Assembly (NCBI GenBank): GCA_050084515.1
Contig: CM114271.1
Span: forward strand, 1,612,001-1,676,000
DNA length: 64,000 nt
Direction: 5' to 3'
From: Blasia pusilla
Lineage: Eukaryota
The translations under genes were made by a program, and so were the position numbers. The notes below the pieces were generated by a model that searched no databases, was not told where the DNA came from, and worked only from the letters and a program-made list of their open reading frames with translations. Positions 10,126 through 23,988 of the stretch are shown piece after piece (the first letter of the stretch is position 1; each line of letters starts with the position of its first letter).

Positions 10126-13100
10126 ATGGTCAAGCTCTCACCAATCTCTTGTGCAGTGCATACCGTGAGGAAATTTGGATTTTCTAGTGCACGCTTCACT
10201 CCTGGTCATATCCGTAAGAGCATCATGGACACTAATGGAAGCTCTGGTGGTATGGATTTCCTCCAAGAAGAAATGATTTCGTTCATTCATTCATTCATAC
10301 CATGCTGTTCAAACTAGTAGTACTGAAAGAGTTCATCTGGATTGTGATAAGATAGGTCTCATGTTGGTGGTTCAAATCGCATAAAATAATTGAAATCGGT
10401 TTGCAACGAGCAGGTCATCAAGTTCCATACTTGGCCGATGCGTCCCAACTTATTGATGATGTGGAGACCTTCATATTCGACATAGACGGTGAGCTGCTGT
10501 CTTTCTTTTCTCTGTCTGTGAGAGAGTGTCTATTAGAGCCCTATTGGGAAATGTATTCTCAAATGTGTTGCTGGAAATAAGTAGTAGAGACTGTGGTGAA
10601 CTCTATCTACATCGAGAAATATAAAGTAGAGATAATAATCTGAGCAAGATAGAGACGGTATATAATGAGACATATAAAGTGCATACTGAACAATGTGAAT
10701 CAGAGATCGTAACGAAATGTATACCGAACAATATCAAGTAAAGATGGCAATATGCTCAAGTGATGTTCCAGATTCTCTATACTCGTTTAAGAGGATGGGC
10801 TCTACATTTCTCAAATCTTAAAAATTTGACATGAATCTTAACGGTCAGGCGAGGCAGCCAAATTTGAAGCAAGTACTAGGACTGGTCGAAAAGATGGGCT
10901 CTCATTACTAATTTACTATTACTAGTTTGTTTCTTGAATAGTACCAGGTTTTTTGGGTGGTCCAACCTAGACACAAGCTCATGGTCAGCTCTGACCCCCA
11001 AGGTTATTTCTAACGAGTTTTTAGGAGGCATATATTTGCAACCAAGTCTCAGGGCTGCTCTTCTGGTCTGAGGACTTTTAGATGGTGGATTGTTTATGCA
11101 GGAGTGATATGGAGAGGTGGCAAGGTAATAGATGGAGTTCCAGAGACTTTAGACATGTTGCGGTCTATGGTGAGTTCACGAAACATATGTAAGCTTTGTT
11201 GTCTTTGTAATTTAGGCGAGACTTCCCGAGTTGGGCTATGGGCCCGGCCGACTTGATGCTTCGAGCTGTTTTGTATAGACCATCTATCACTATTCTGTTA
11301 CTCTGATGCAGGACATAGGACCTAGGTGCATGCTGAGACAGCAAGCTTGCTGGAGAACTTGAAAGTCATGGTGATCTGTTTCCTTGTGGGGAATGAATAG
11401 GGCAAACGGCTACTCTTTATGACCAATAACTCTACCAAGTCAAGGAAGCAGTTCAAGACGAAGTTTCAGGCATTGGGCCTAAGAATTAGCGAGGTATTAG
11501 TGATCTATGTTCGTGCTTTGCCGATATAGAGTGCACCCAGTCTCCTCTTGGAAACTGTAAGAGTTGATGCCAAACTCAGTGTAGAGGGTCACTTCCACTC
11601 GCATTCCTTGCCACAACATGGCAAGTTTTGGCCCTGATTTTCCTTACGAGTCCTTGAGTGCCTCGTTTCTTCCTTGATGAGCTTTCCGATTTCCCCCTTT
11701 AGTCATGGATGCTCTGGAGTCTCAGAGAAAGTAACAGTTCTTCAGTTCCACATCTTCTCTGAATGAAAGATGGCAGATTTGATCTACCGTGTTTATTTGT
11801 ATAATTTTTTCATATCTGTAATTGAGTACTGCTATTTTAGAGCTCGAATAATATTTTCATTCAAAGCTGACTAGTCTGTGATCTCTTTCTGTATATGTTT
11901 ACTCCATTTTTCTGCATTTTCAAGCATACATTTATGGACTCCATGCCAACCAAGGAGGAAGTCCTTCGTACACCTGCTGAGCTGATGTCTTACATGTTCT
12001 TGGTGTAGGAGGAAGTGTTCTCTTCATCGTTTGCTGCGGCAGGCTACTTGCAGTCAATTGGGTTTCCTCCAAATAAGAAGGTTTACGATGAACCTTGAGC
12101 TTTTCTAGTTTGTTCAGTTTTAATTGCAATGTTTAGAAGCAGTCTTTAAATCCTTGAAAGCTTCAAACTTCAAAGGAAGACCTTACAGCTTAGCAGAGTG
12201 TTTTGATAAAACTGAACATCGGAGATTCGGATTCTTTTTCACGTAGGGTTGGTGGAAACTACCTCTTGGCACTGTTAACGAGACGCTTCTTGATTCAATA
12301 GGTGTACGTTGTAGGAGAAGAAGGAATAGGAGAGGAACTTGCGCAAGTCGGTTATCAGCACCTCGGTGGTCCTGTGATTATCCTCTCTTAATCCTTTCCT
12401 TTTTGACTGCAATTCGAGATCTGCTATCATATGATGGTGCTACAGAAGAGTTACTACAGTCTGTATTTCTAATCTCTAGCTTGTCCACTGAGTCGAAGGT
12501 AGAAATTACATGTAATGTGGGATTGTGGGTGCCCCTGAGCAAAAACCCCTGAAGCTACTATCGCATGAAATTGACAGAAGCGGAGAATTCATGCCTTTCT
12601 TCCTCTTCTTTCAGTTCATCATTCCACTATTTACAGGAGAACGCTCATCTGACTTCAGTCTCCTGTGATTTCAGGAGGACGGTGACAAGAAGCTGGACAT
12701 GAAATCAGGCAAAAACTTGGATCATGATCATGATGTATTGGAGCCTAAACCTCTCTGATTTACCAGGGAACTATGATAATAGGCCATATATGTCATCGTG
12801 GCATCTAAATTCTTTCTATGGATGCATGGAGTTTCTGGTACTCACATGCTTATTTGCTGACTGTTGAAGTAGTTTTGCAGGTGCAGTGTTACCCTTTCCC
12901 TCTCTTTGATACTGTCCTGTGAAAGAAACAAATAGTACTAGACGTTTTTGTAATATTTACAAAATAGGCTCCAATAAATTTCACTTTGATTACAGGTGGG
13001 TGCTGTTGTGGTTGGATTCGACAGCTACATCAACTACTACAAGCTAACGTAAGGACTGGTCGGTGAGGGCATGCATGCCGAACTGTCTATATGGCCATTT

Positions 13101-14451
13101 CTTTCTCGCAGCTCCAGTAAATGTGCGGTCCTCTGGGATATGGGGTACTTCGGTGATACATTGCAAGTTTTTGGGCCTTCCTGATGTCAACAGTTACCGA
13201 GAATAACCTTTGTCATCAAATCGGATCTTGAGAAACTGCTCAAAGCAAATCTGATTCTGGAGGGATGATTGGGCCAAATAAATTAGATGTGAAATCCTTA
13301 TTGTGAAATCCAAATACAATCAAATACAGTCCAGTTGCTAAGTCAGTTTGCTGAACCTAGTTTGTGGAAAGAAATCTTTCGAGGAATTCCGGTTCTGCCT
13401 TCACTGAAGGATAACTGGTTGTTGTGGTTGTTTCAATGTGGCAGATATGCAACACTCTGCATACGAGAAAATCCTGGCTGTCTTTTCATCGCCACAAATC
13501 TTGATAGTGTGTCCCATTTTACAGATACACAAGAGTGGCCAGCTGGAGGAACCATGGTTGGTGCTGTAAGAGCCTCAACAAATGTGCAGCCCATTGTTGT
13601 GGGCAAGCCCTCTACTTTTATGATGACGTACCTTGCAAATAAGTAAGTGAACTCAGAACCATGAGATGTAGATATGCGAAAGGGCTTGTAGAGGTCAGAG
13701 TAGGTTTGTTTTCGAATAGGATGCTAAAATGTACTGTTGTCATGTCGAACTCTTAGCCTCCCAGCAGTTTTCAAGTGGCTTGATTATGATGCCGCAGATT
13801 TCAAATCAGCCAGTCAAAGATGTGCATGGTGGGAGACAGGCTTGACACTGATATCCTATTCGGTCAAAATGGTGGATGCAAGACTTTGCTTGTTCTGTCA
13901 GGTACTGAGGTCTTTACCTTTACATTAGAAAAGAGGAGTGATGAGAAGCTGAGGGAAATCAAACTTATGCATCAATGGAAAGTCAGGATGTCATAAGTCT
14001 TCGATCATATTGAAACTTTGAATTGTCTTTTTGGTCTCTTCACTGTGGAAACCAGTTGCTGCCAGAAGTATTCATACAAGAGAAGCAACAAGGTCGCCAA
14101 TATTAGTAGCATGACTTGTTTGGATTTTTGTTCCAGACCAAATTACTAAATAACCAGGCTTTTGTAAATTTGCTTGGAAGCTGAAGTTCGTATTGAAAAG
14201 CCAGTGGCTACTGTGTGTACCAGAAAGATCTGTGAAAGAAATTCTGTCAAGGATAAGTAGACAGCAGTATCAAAACTCCATAGCAGAATTCTTGCAAAAG
14301 GTTGTGCTCTTTCTTAATCACACTTTGTTTTATGAATGCAGGTGTTACAAACCTGAAGACTCTCCAGAGTCATGAGAATACGATTCATCCTGATTTTTAT
14401 GCAAATCAGATATCGGATCTCATGTCTGCCAGAAAATCTGCTGCAGTATGA
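10126..14451 (+). CDS. PGLP1: Phosphoglycolate phosphatase-like HAD hydrolase (subfamily IIA), paralogue 1; 11 exons, ~342 aa
   Basis: Exons 10126-10249, 10414-10488, 11102-11169, 11401-11493, 12009-12080, 12302-12373, 12675-12734, 12996-13048, 13445-13642, 13798-13901, 14342-14451. All GT-AG, sum 1029 nt in frame. Motifs [39 protein letters not shown]. Exon 1 start is uncertain (ATG 10126 or 10225). Symbol denotes family, not orthology. Confidence 0.92.
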
Positions 14452-15246
14452 AATTTCACTATTCAGATTTCCGCATCTTACACCTTGAGAATACACTTGG
14501 AGGCACAGCTCATGTACACTTAAGCCTGATCTAGTAGAGCATTAAATTCCAGTCCCAAGCCTACCCGTCATCTCATTCGCAGCATCGGGGTTCAATCTCC
14601 GATCCCATTTCTGATTACTACGTCATTCGAGCCAAACTCCTTACGACTAAGTTTATCTTTAAACCTGAATTGGCTGGCGCTTTGGGGATTTTCGTCTGCA
14701 TCGCAGAATTATAAATCGCCATGACACGCATCTTCGGAAGAAAAAATTGCTACTTACATCTTGATGCCAGAAACTGACGCTCCTGCAATTTCTGCAGCGA
14801 TTTATCAAGTATTATGGAATATTCATTAAAAACATTCGAGTTTAGGGTTCAGGTAAGCTTGTTATTATTAATAGCGAACATTTCTTATACATGTCTATTG
14901 TATACGAGGTTTAATTTTTTATATATCTTAGTAGGCTATAGTAAATTGATTTATGAGTTAGGTCGATTCGAAATTTATTGGAGAGTGACTTCTAGGTTTT
15001 CATGACAACCGTGAGTTAAAAAATATTTTCTATTTTGAGGTAAGAGGAAAATTTATCTCCTTCTACATCAAGAAAAAGATTTTGCATAATATGATTAGTC
15101 TTTTCACTCTTGAGAGTGGCTCAAATTGCCCACTAATATTTATTTGATATAAGAATAAATATAAAAAATATTAAAACTAGGATAAAAATACTAATCCATG
15201 TTATTAAAAGACTAGAATGAATTGGGATTTGGGAAATCCCTCTTTG

Positions 15247-15407
15247 ACATATTCATTTTGATTCGTTTCGGCAATGATATGGGTAATTAACATAACAGTG
15301 CGTAACCACATAGCATAACATATTCATTTTGATTCATTTCGGTTCGGTAATGATATGGGTAATTAACATAACAGTGCTTACCCACATGACACGAGCATTA
15401 TACTAAT
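15247..15407 (+). mobile_element. Helitron-like 3' end with internal ~65-70 bp duplication
   Basis: AACATAACAGTGC...CACGAGCATTATACTAAT matches the 3' end of the 1949-2128 Helitron. 15247-15311 is repeated at 15318-15387. Confidence 0.55.
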
Positions 15408-15636
15408 ACGAAGTGGAGGGAGTGAATCTGGTTAGCCTAAATGAGCCGAACACGTGGCACCACTAGAAAGAGATTATATTAGGAAAACTTAGTAGTAGGG
15501 GTAAAAAATATATCCACTTTATTATAAAATAAATCTCAAGAGGACAAAGAAGGGTAATAAAATTTCATAAAAGGAGTCAAAAAATGCATAAAAGAATGTG
15601 AAAAGAAAATCGCAATAAGCCAACGCAAACATCGGC

Positions 15637-15838
15637 TCAATGAGCTACACGATTGATAGCCTCAAACAAATTTGACAAGAACACGAGTGGTTGGTTAGAC
15701 GTGAATGGACGACGAGGCGAGTGATCCTCCACCACCTCCGCACGACGTATCAATGCCAAGGCTTGTGCACGTTGTAAGGCCACTGAGATGCATTGCCGAA
15801 AATAAGTAGTAACTATCGAGAGAGAAGGACTACGGGAA
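15637..15838 (-). mobile_element. 3' end of CRE-type non-LTR retrotransposon ORF
   Basis: Minus strand reads SLSIVTTYFRQCISVALQRAQALALIRRAE...AH*, resembling the CRE-clade C-terminal 'Q(R)xSxALQRAQA' segment. It directly abuts the gypsy LTR at 15839. Confidence 0.6.
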
Positions 15839-16598
15839 TGTCGTGCGCCTACTCTCCTTGAACGTTAATCTTGTTGTTGCAGAAGCGTGCGTTCATTAGG
15901 TCACGCTCTCAACGCTAATCTGCATCCAAACAAACACGCACTTTGGTTAGTCGGGTCTTGGATCAATCAGCGGGCTAACTTTCCAAGTTCTCGTCTCGGT
16001 ATCTCATCAAGCTCAACCTTCCTAGTTTCGCGGTTTACAACACGGGCAAGTCTCGCAAGACTTGGGACAGACTTTCTGGTCGGTTCAGGAACCTGAAACG
16101 GCGTTTCGCGCCTAGCGGTTCCAACGGTCCGATGGACATCCAATGAGTCCCTAACCGAGACTTGCACAAAGTGAATCTCGGGTTGGAATCCAAGTGTGGC
16201 GTACAAAGTCCACTCCCTTGGATCAGGTTTGGGTTTCGAGTTCCAATGCCAAACTCCCGTTCCATCCCATGCCTCTGAGACGCCGTTTGGCGCTCAAAAT
16301 GGGGATTCGTGTTCCAAGACATCTTGGAGAGACTCCTACCTTACTAGTACTTCTGGGGATCTCCGGGGTCCCCTACCTTTAGGGAAAGACACCTGGGCCT
16401 CTCCAATTGGCCCTCAACCCGATTGCTCTCACAGTCGTTTAAACGCACAACTCTTTTCCACGTTTCGTCTCTTGGACTTTTCCAAGAGACCTTTCCAAAC
16501 GCCTCTCCAAAGCGCAAACATCGCAGCGTGAGTCCACTTGAGTTCTGATGTTCCGCTTGGCACCTATTTGGTGTTGTTTGGTTATGAGGGTCGCGACA
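15839..16598 (-). repeat. 3' LTR of element A
   Basis: TGTCGTGCGCC...GGGTCGCGACA termini, adjacent PPT. Homologous to 57269-58276 and 58817-61033. Confidence 0.88.
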
Positions 16599-18587
16599 CT
16601 CACCCCTCTTTAGAAGGTTGATGTCCTCATCAACGCAAACCTTATTAATGTTAAGTTCTGGGAAGCCAACCCCTTAACATTGAATCACGTTCTGGTAACT
16701 AACCCGCAATTCAACTTTTGGCTTGAGTGTTAGGTTGTCGCTTGCAGCACTTAGAATTATTAGCTTCTTCACTTCAATTAGCCTAGACCAATTCTGGAGA
16801 ACTAATCTAAACTATCAAAATAAGCTAACTAAGTCTGCAACCTAACACTTCATTCACTATTTGTAAACAACCGCCTGCTTACCTAGCCAACTTGTACTAC
16901 TTTTGGGTCACTCGTATTCCACTTAGGCGCGTCACTAAGTTCACTCATGCAACATGAATGAGATCACCACAAACCCCAAGACAGACTAATTTGCCTTGCC
17001 TACGTTAGGGCGAGCCCAAATGCTAGTACTTCAACACTTGATCATGATCTAGATGCCTTATTTGAATACAAGCTCTCACCTCAAATATTCATTATTTGGC
17101 CTCCTTGACTTACATCCTAAGCATATGAAGAACTACTCATTGCCATGCACTACCAAACTCAAAATCGCAATCACTAGCATCGAATCTCCAAATCCATGCA
17201 TTCTTTATTGCAACCACTAAATATTTCTAGTTACAATGGGTTATCGGCCCAAGCTTCCCCGTCACAAGTTATGTCCTTTGCTTCACCATGTACTAACGCA
17301 TGTGCCTATCTTGCATCCATTTGAAGTCTCGCAATGCTTCTTGCGCGTGTTCAAGCTCCGCCTCCGCAATCCAAGTCGCCTCTTTCACTTGGTAGCCTTT
17401 CCACTTAACCAAGTACTCGTACTTGGCGGCTCTACGTCTAGAACGCAGAATGGTCTCAACCTTGAACTCTGGTTCTTCATTTCTGATGACCGGTTGTGGT
17501 CTCAATACCATCCTTCGTTCCGGCCGCGCATTGTCTTGAAGACACTTCTTCAATAATGACACATGGAAAGTCCGGTGAATCTTGAACTTTTTTGGCAGCT
17601 CCAATGTGTACATATCCTCAGACGGCTTTGCCTTGATCACATACGGTCCGGCATACTTGGCTTAAAATTTTGCAGAAAATTCCTTTGGAAGAGTAAGATT
17701 CTTTACACTCAACCACACTTGTTCCCCAACTTGGAAACTCAGTTGGCGCCGACTTTTGTTAGCATGCTTCACGTATCTTAGTTGAGCCTTGGAAAGACTT
17801 TTCCTCGCTCGCTCTTGTCGTTCGTGCATTTCCACTAACAAACATTCCGCCATTGCTTGATGAGTGTGTGCCGATGTAGCGCCCTTTGAAAGAGCCAAGT
17901 CAAGAGGCCCACCTGGTTCTCTTTGATACGCCAGAAGAAACGGAGATTCTCCAATTGCAGAATGCTTGGTCGAGTTGTAACAATACTCAGCCATACTTAG
18001 CCACTTGGCCCAATCTCTTTGGTCTGCACTCACGTAATTCCTTAGGTACTGGTTAAGACCAAGTTTACTTTTTCCGTTTGCCCATCCGTTTGAGGATGGA
18101 AGGCCGTACTAAAGCTGAGTTTGATTCGGAACCTCCTAAATAGTTGTTTCCAAAAGACACTCGTAAACTTCGGATCTCGATCGGACACAATGCTCCTAGG
18201 CAATCCATGAGCTCACCATCAACCATCCAGGAACATTCGGGAAGCCGTGTAGGCCGTTGCAGACTCTCTCGATGGCACAAACCTCCCCAACTTGCTAAAC
18301 CGATCAACTATCACAAGTATAGCGTTATATCCCTCAGATTCTGGAAGACTCGTAATGAAATCCATGCTAATGCTTTGCAAGGGTCCCTCCGGGATTGGAA
18401 AAGGATGAAGTAAGCCTTGTTTCTTCGCATAAGAAACTATGTTCGCCTGACAGGTCACGCAGGTTTTCACATATTGAGCAGCATATTCCTTCTTCTTGGG
18501 CCAAAAGAACCTTTTGGCCAAAACAACAAGAGTGGATTTCTCCCCTTTGTGTCCTGCCAAAGGTCCATCATGACATTCCACAAACAC

Positions 18588-19470
18588 TGTCGTGACCCTC
18601 ATGACCAAACGAGTGCCAAAGCGGAACATCGGAACATTAGCGGGCTAACGCTAAGATGGTTTGCGCGTTGGAGTAGTCTCGAAGAAGAGACAAGAGACGA
18701 GACGCAAGCGAGGCTTCACATTTCAGATGTTGTGGTCGCGACCAAGAAACCTTGACCAAACGCGGAATAAGACTTGAAAGGAGTCAAGTCTAGAAAGTGG
18801 GTTGCCAAAGGAAGGAATCCGGATTTGAAACGCCACTAGCGTTTGAGAGTTTCCGATTGTATTTATAACCATAAATTTTAGCACCAAGATGCGTTTGGAT
18901 TAAACAAGAGTGCGTTGGAAGGCTTATGGAAAGCCGGTTCAAACGCACCAAAGATCTCTGCAAACTCATAAGCAGCGGATGAGAAACAACCCAGAAACGA
19001 CTGTAAGTAGAGTCGGGTTGAGGGCCACAATGAAGGGCCCGACCCTCCTTTTCCAAAAGGGGGTTATTGGAGAACCCTAGAAGTACTAGTAAGGGGGAAG
19101 GTCTCTGAGAGTTCTTGGAACTCGAACCCCACTTTGGGGCGCCATGGGGTGGCTCAAGGGCATGGAACCGATCGAGAGTTTGGGGTTGGATTGGAAAACC
19201 TGAACCAAGTCTACGGAGGCGATTTTAGACATCCCTCTTGGATTTCACGCCGTGACTCAATTACTTGGGTCTCAGTTTGGAACTTGCACGAGGTCCGTTG
19301 AATAGTTGGGATCGCTAGGCGCGTAAGTGCCGTTTTAGGTTCCTGGACTAATCAGGAAGTCTGTTCCAAGTCTTGAAGGACTTGCCATGTTTTGGAAACT
19401 AGGAATTAAGGAAGGTTGAGCTTGATGAGACGCCAAGTTGAGAATTCGGTGGGTTCGAACGCTGGTTGGG
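18588..19470 (+). repeat. Same-family LTR inserted in opposite orientation into the integrase of element A, one end deleted
   Basis: Starts TGTCGTGACCCTC and is the reverse complement of 57380-58276. Integrase coding sequence flanks it on both sides, missing ~30 bp relative to element B. Confidence 0.85.
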
Positions 19471-20851
19471 TCCTGCTCTGCTTAAACCTTAGCAAGCCGT
19501 GTCTCAAACTTAGATTGGCCACCTTCTCACCCCTCTTTAACTTACCAAGGTACTCCCTCGCTTGCGCATCCTTCATGTATCCTTCACGAATCCTTCTTTC
19601 CAGGTCTATTTCATTAGGAACATTGCTCTCAACGCTTGTGCTATCGATGGCATATGCTCATCCCTGCGACTTAATGCATCTGGAATGACATTGTCTTTCC
19701 CCGGCTTGTGGATTTGCTCCACATTTTTCAACGCCAAGGTATTATGCCATCAAAGTTGCTTTGGTGTTACGCGATCCTGGGTCTCAAAATACTTGAGCGA
19801 TATGTGATCGGTGAATACTCGAGTCTTGTGAAGTCCCAGATAGTGACGCCACTTTCTCAAGCAATGAACCACCGCGAATAACTCTTTCTCATGAGTGGGC
19901 CATCTCCTTTGGGTGTCGCTAAGATTCTTGCTCTCGTATGCTACAGGTCTCCCTTTTTGCACCAACATTCCAGCAATCGCAAAATCACTAGCATCAGTGT
20001 GCACCTCGAACGGTTGGTCAAACTCCGGCAGCTTCAGAACTGGTTCTTGCGAGAGGATCTCTTTGACTCGATTGAACGCTTTATCCACTTCCTTAGTCCA
20101 TGTTGTGTTGGAAAATTTTTTGGTCCAATCTGTGAGAGGTTTCACTATTCCCGAAAATTTCTTCACGAATTTCCGGTAAAATTGGACCGCTCCGATGAAC
20201 CTCCTCATCCCCTTCACAGTGGAAGGAGGTTCCCATTTGGCAATGGCGCTTACCTTTTCCATGTCTGGACTCACTCCATCTACACTAACCACATGCCCCA
20301 AGAACTTGATCTTCGTCAAACCAAACTCACTCTTATCCGCATTCGCATACAGCTTGTTCGTCCTGAGTTTCTCAAACACCGTCTTCAAATGTCGAGCGTG
20401 CTACTCTAGTGTTTTCGAATAGATGAGTATGTCATCTATGTAGATGATCACAAACTCATCCGTCTCCTTATGAAAGACGGAGTTCATCAAAATGGTGAAC
20501 ATCGGAGGCGCATTACAAAGACCGAAAGGCATTACCACAAACTTGAACAAACCGTATCTCGTTCTACACGCAATCTTCTCTACATCCGCTTCGGTAATCC
20601 GAATCTGATAATAACCAGATTTTAGGTCAATCCGGCTGAAATACTTGGCACCTGAAAATCGATCAAAGAGGTCATCCATCCTTGGGAGAGGATAGTTGTT
20701 CCTTACCGTCACTTTATTCAGCGCCCGGTATTCAACACAGAGTCTCAACTTCCCATCCTTCTTCTTCACAAAGAGAACGGGCGTTCCATAAGGTGACTTG
20801 CTAGTTCGGATGTAACCCCTCTCTAGGAGTTCACCCAATTGTTTCTTCAAC

Positions 20852-21930
20852 TCACCTTGACGTGTGCCACAAGGCGATTGTAGAATACTATATTCCCCAG
20901 AAGTAGAATGATGGGAATAGATAATGGGCGTATCATAGGCATAGAAGGAGAAAACAAATGGAATGAGGGTGGCGAGTTGTCCTCCTGCATAACGTAACTC
21001 CTCAAAGATGGCCGCACGAGAAACTGAATTGAATGCGTTAGCCACAACGACTTGAATTGCTACCCAATATGGATGAATATCAAGAGTGGAGCAAATCCCA
21101 TGCACCAAAGCCTCACAACCTCCAGGAGTTTCCACTCCAAATTGATGAGGAAATAAGTGGGCACTAAAGTGAGGACGAAATTACAAGCATAGGGATCGAC
21201 TAACCAAGCGGTATAAAACCTCTCCAATAGCCAAAGGGCGCACACCTGAAGGAGGCTTATCCATAGCCAACAAACGACAAGCCCCTAAGAGCCTAGAGAT
21301 AGAGCATGGGAGACGACCTGCAGCCATATGTGCACACACCTTATATAAAGAGACAAAGCCACTTGCTGAATCTGCTTGGATAAAACAATCGCAGAGATGA
21401 TCAAAAACCATCCCTGATAGCCCGCTTGCTGATAAGCGAGGAGTATGCAGAAAAGCCCTTGTGAAAACCTCCAAGTCAAGCTCCAAGTCAAGGTCCGTTG
21501 TATAGTCTTCCATAAAAGGTGGAGCATCGCCACTTGAAGGAGGATGAAGAGCTTCTAAGAGAGCCACTGTTTCCGCACTTGGAACCGCGAGAGAAAGAGG
21601 ACCCAATGCTCGAGCTGCACGTGAAAACTCACCAACCTGCCCCAGAAGTAGACTTCGTCGAAGGTGTTGTTATATTGAAGGCCTCCCATGATTGGCATGT
21701 TGAGTGGGATAAGCTGCAGCTAAGGCTTGTGCTTGAAGTACATGCTCATGTGAACCAGGGGGAGAGGTTACGGTTGTAGGAGGGCGTGTAAAACTAGATA
21801 AGCGAGTAGATGGAGAATCCAACTCCATCTCTGATGACATAGAAGTAAAGGTAGGCAAGTCATCGAAGACAAGGAAAGACATATGAAACGTGGTTTGGAG
21901 AAAGCATGAAGATAACGAGCGAAGCAAAAG
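20852..21930 (-). mobile_element. CRE-type non-LTR retrotransposon RT fragment
   Basis: RPLAIGEVLYRL, (QFGV)[25 protein letters not shown] motifs, with frameshifts and stops. Fused to gypsy RT at ~20852. Confidence 0.8.
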
Positions 21931-23988
21931 TAGTGGAATCCGTTCAAAAGAAATTTAAATTGAGAGAAGAAGATTAGGAAATACTGAATTTATGATTGAA
22001 AGTTACTATAAGAAGAATATAAAAAGTAATTGAAAAGGAAAAATGATCTATATGGTATGGGAAGAGGTGGGTCAAGAATATGAATTTCTAATGTCTATAA
22101 GGAGATGGCAAACGTATGTAGGGGCAAAACATTAAGGTAAGGAGTTGAAAGAGCAAAACATTAGTCGGGTCCGGAATTACATTTTTATACACTTTGATAT
22201 TTATATTTTAGGGTATGTACACCTTACTAGAACATCACTTTTGGCATTTTGACATATTACTGGACATGCATTACACTACTTTTATTGCAAGAGAATTCAC
22301 CAAATAGAAGAATCTTACAATACCATGGGAATAGCTCATGAATCAAATTTAACATGTGGCAAAATGATAATACTCCACGTAACTCGTAATTATAAACGTG
22401 GCGGATGGATACAAGCGTATAATGAAGATTTTAATTGGTATCCAATCAGAAAAAATAATAAAATTTTAGTCATAAACGTAATGCAACAATGAAATGAAAT
22501 ATAAGGAGTTCAAATTCAAAAATTGAAATGAAAACTTGAAGAAAAACTTGAAAGCCCTTTACGGTCTGGCGGGGAACCATCTGGCACAAATCCTACCCGA
22601 GAAAGCTTGCCCCGGCTACAAAACCTCCTCTGGAAGCGGTGCCCGCTCAACTCGTATCGTCCAGTTTCACCTAAAAAAGTCCGATGCTCGAGTCACCCCG
22701 GTGCTGCGCTGAACCGATGAAGCAAGCGCGGAAGAGTGCGGCCAAGCGGATCATAAAAAGGATAAAGAAGATTAGAAGCGGGGAGTCGGGAGGTACCAAT
22801 GGTGAATAGCGAGCACTACCTAGCACTGATTTCTTCTTCCCGGGTTGCCACACGCTTCCGCTTGTAAATTTGGTGGTATAAAGGTTTTATGAAATCTGGA
22901 CCGCCTTTCGCAAGAAGATTCACTACGACATTCTGTGTCAATAATTATTGGATTGACAGCGACGTGCGGTCTTCGTCGTAGCTCGTCACATTTCTCAGTT
23001 CTGCATCAGATATCCTTCGTTAAGGCATAGAAGATATTAGCGCAATATGGATTGTCATCCGGAATTGCGCTTCGCACTATGAAATCTTTGGCGTAATGAA
23101 ACACTTGACAACGACTCGATATGACCGTTGATCTTTATGAATTACACGCATTCTTAACAGCAGTTACGAATCATCTGCGTGTCGTGATAGTGTTTGGTGA
23201 TGCAGATGAGACTGTTTGGTAGGCAGTCATAGATAGAGAGTTCTACGTCGTAAAATGGACGTGGAGATTATGACGGGTGATTGAGAGGTCCAAGAAGTGA
23301 CGTATGTTGTACAGGAGGTGAAAATCTGGACAGGATGAGGAACTCGGTAACCAAATGATTGGGAGGTGCAAGGAGTGACGTGTGCTGTACAGTAGAGCTC
23401 GCGATCCAAAGTGTACTATTGTTGACTTTGGAGATTTATCGTTCGGAAAAGGGCCTCTGTTCGAAGGTATGAATAGAGATGACTTCAAAGGTTGACGTCT
23501 GCAGAGACTTTTTAGGAAAAAATTTCGTCGAAGATGGAAAGATGAGTTTTCCGGTGACGTAGAGGTAGAATGCATAATGGAGCACCCGACAATGCAAGAG
23601 GAGTCGTCTAGGCAGGTTAGCGGAGCTTCAACGTCCCGTTTGGCGATCAGGCAGCGCTCTCAGAGTAACTTCAAAGGTCACATCTCGCCTATGAACTATG
23701 AACATCAGCTTGCTCATGAAGATCTTGCCTATGAACATCGATTGTTGTGACGTCGTGCGCGTTCTTACGACGGGTGTTTGTCATGGATGTGTCAAGTGAT
23801 AACGTGTTGCGGTGTTTTAGTGTTTTCGTCGTTTGCAAGAATTTCTTGCTAGTTGCCAATATAATTGCTGAGAGAATAAAATTATGTCTTTCTCATCTTG
23901 GCTGCCAATGGCAGACCCGAAATCCCGTCTCTGGCTGCGCGTATTAGGAGGAGAAACCCACGGGGTCGTGATCTCATCGAACTGCAAA

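Larger units (their letters stand above)
15839..20854 (-). mobile_element. Ty3/gypsy chromovirus (Tcn1-like), element A, 5'-truncated: RT-RNaseH-integrase-chromodomain-3' LTR
   Basis: RT (YIDD at 20431-20442), RNase H (TDASDFA, HEKELFAVV), integrase (SISMDFIT, GPY), chromodomain (EYLVKWKGY, ORF 17293-17640). PPT at 16599-16611, 3' LTR 15839-16598 (TGTCG...CGACA). Confidence 0.93.
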
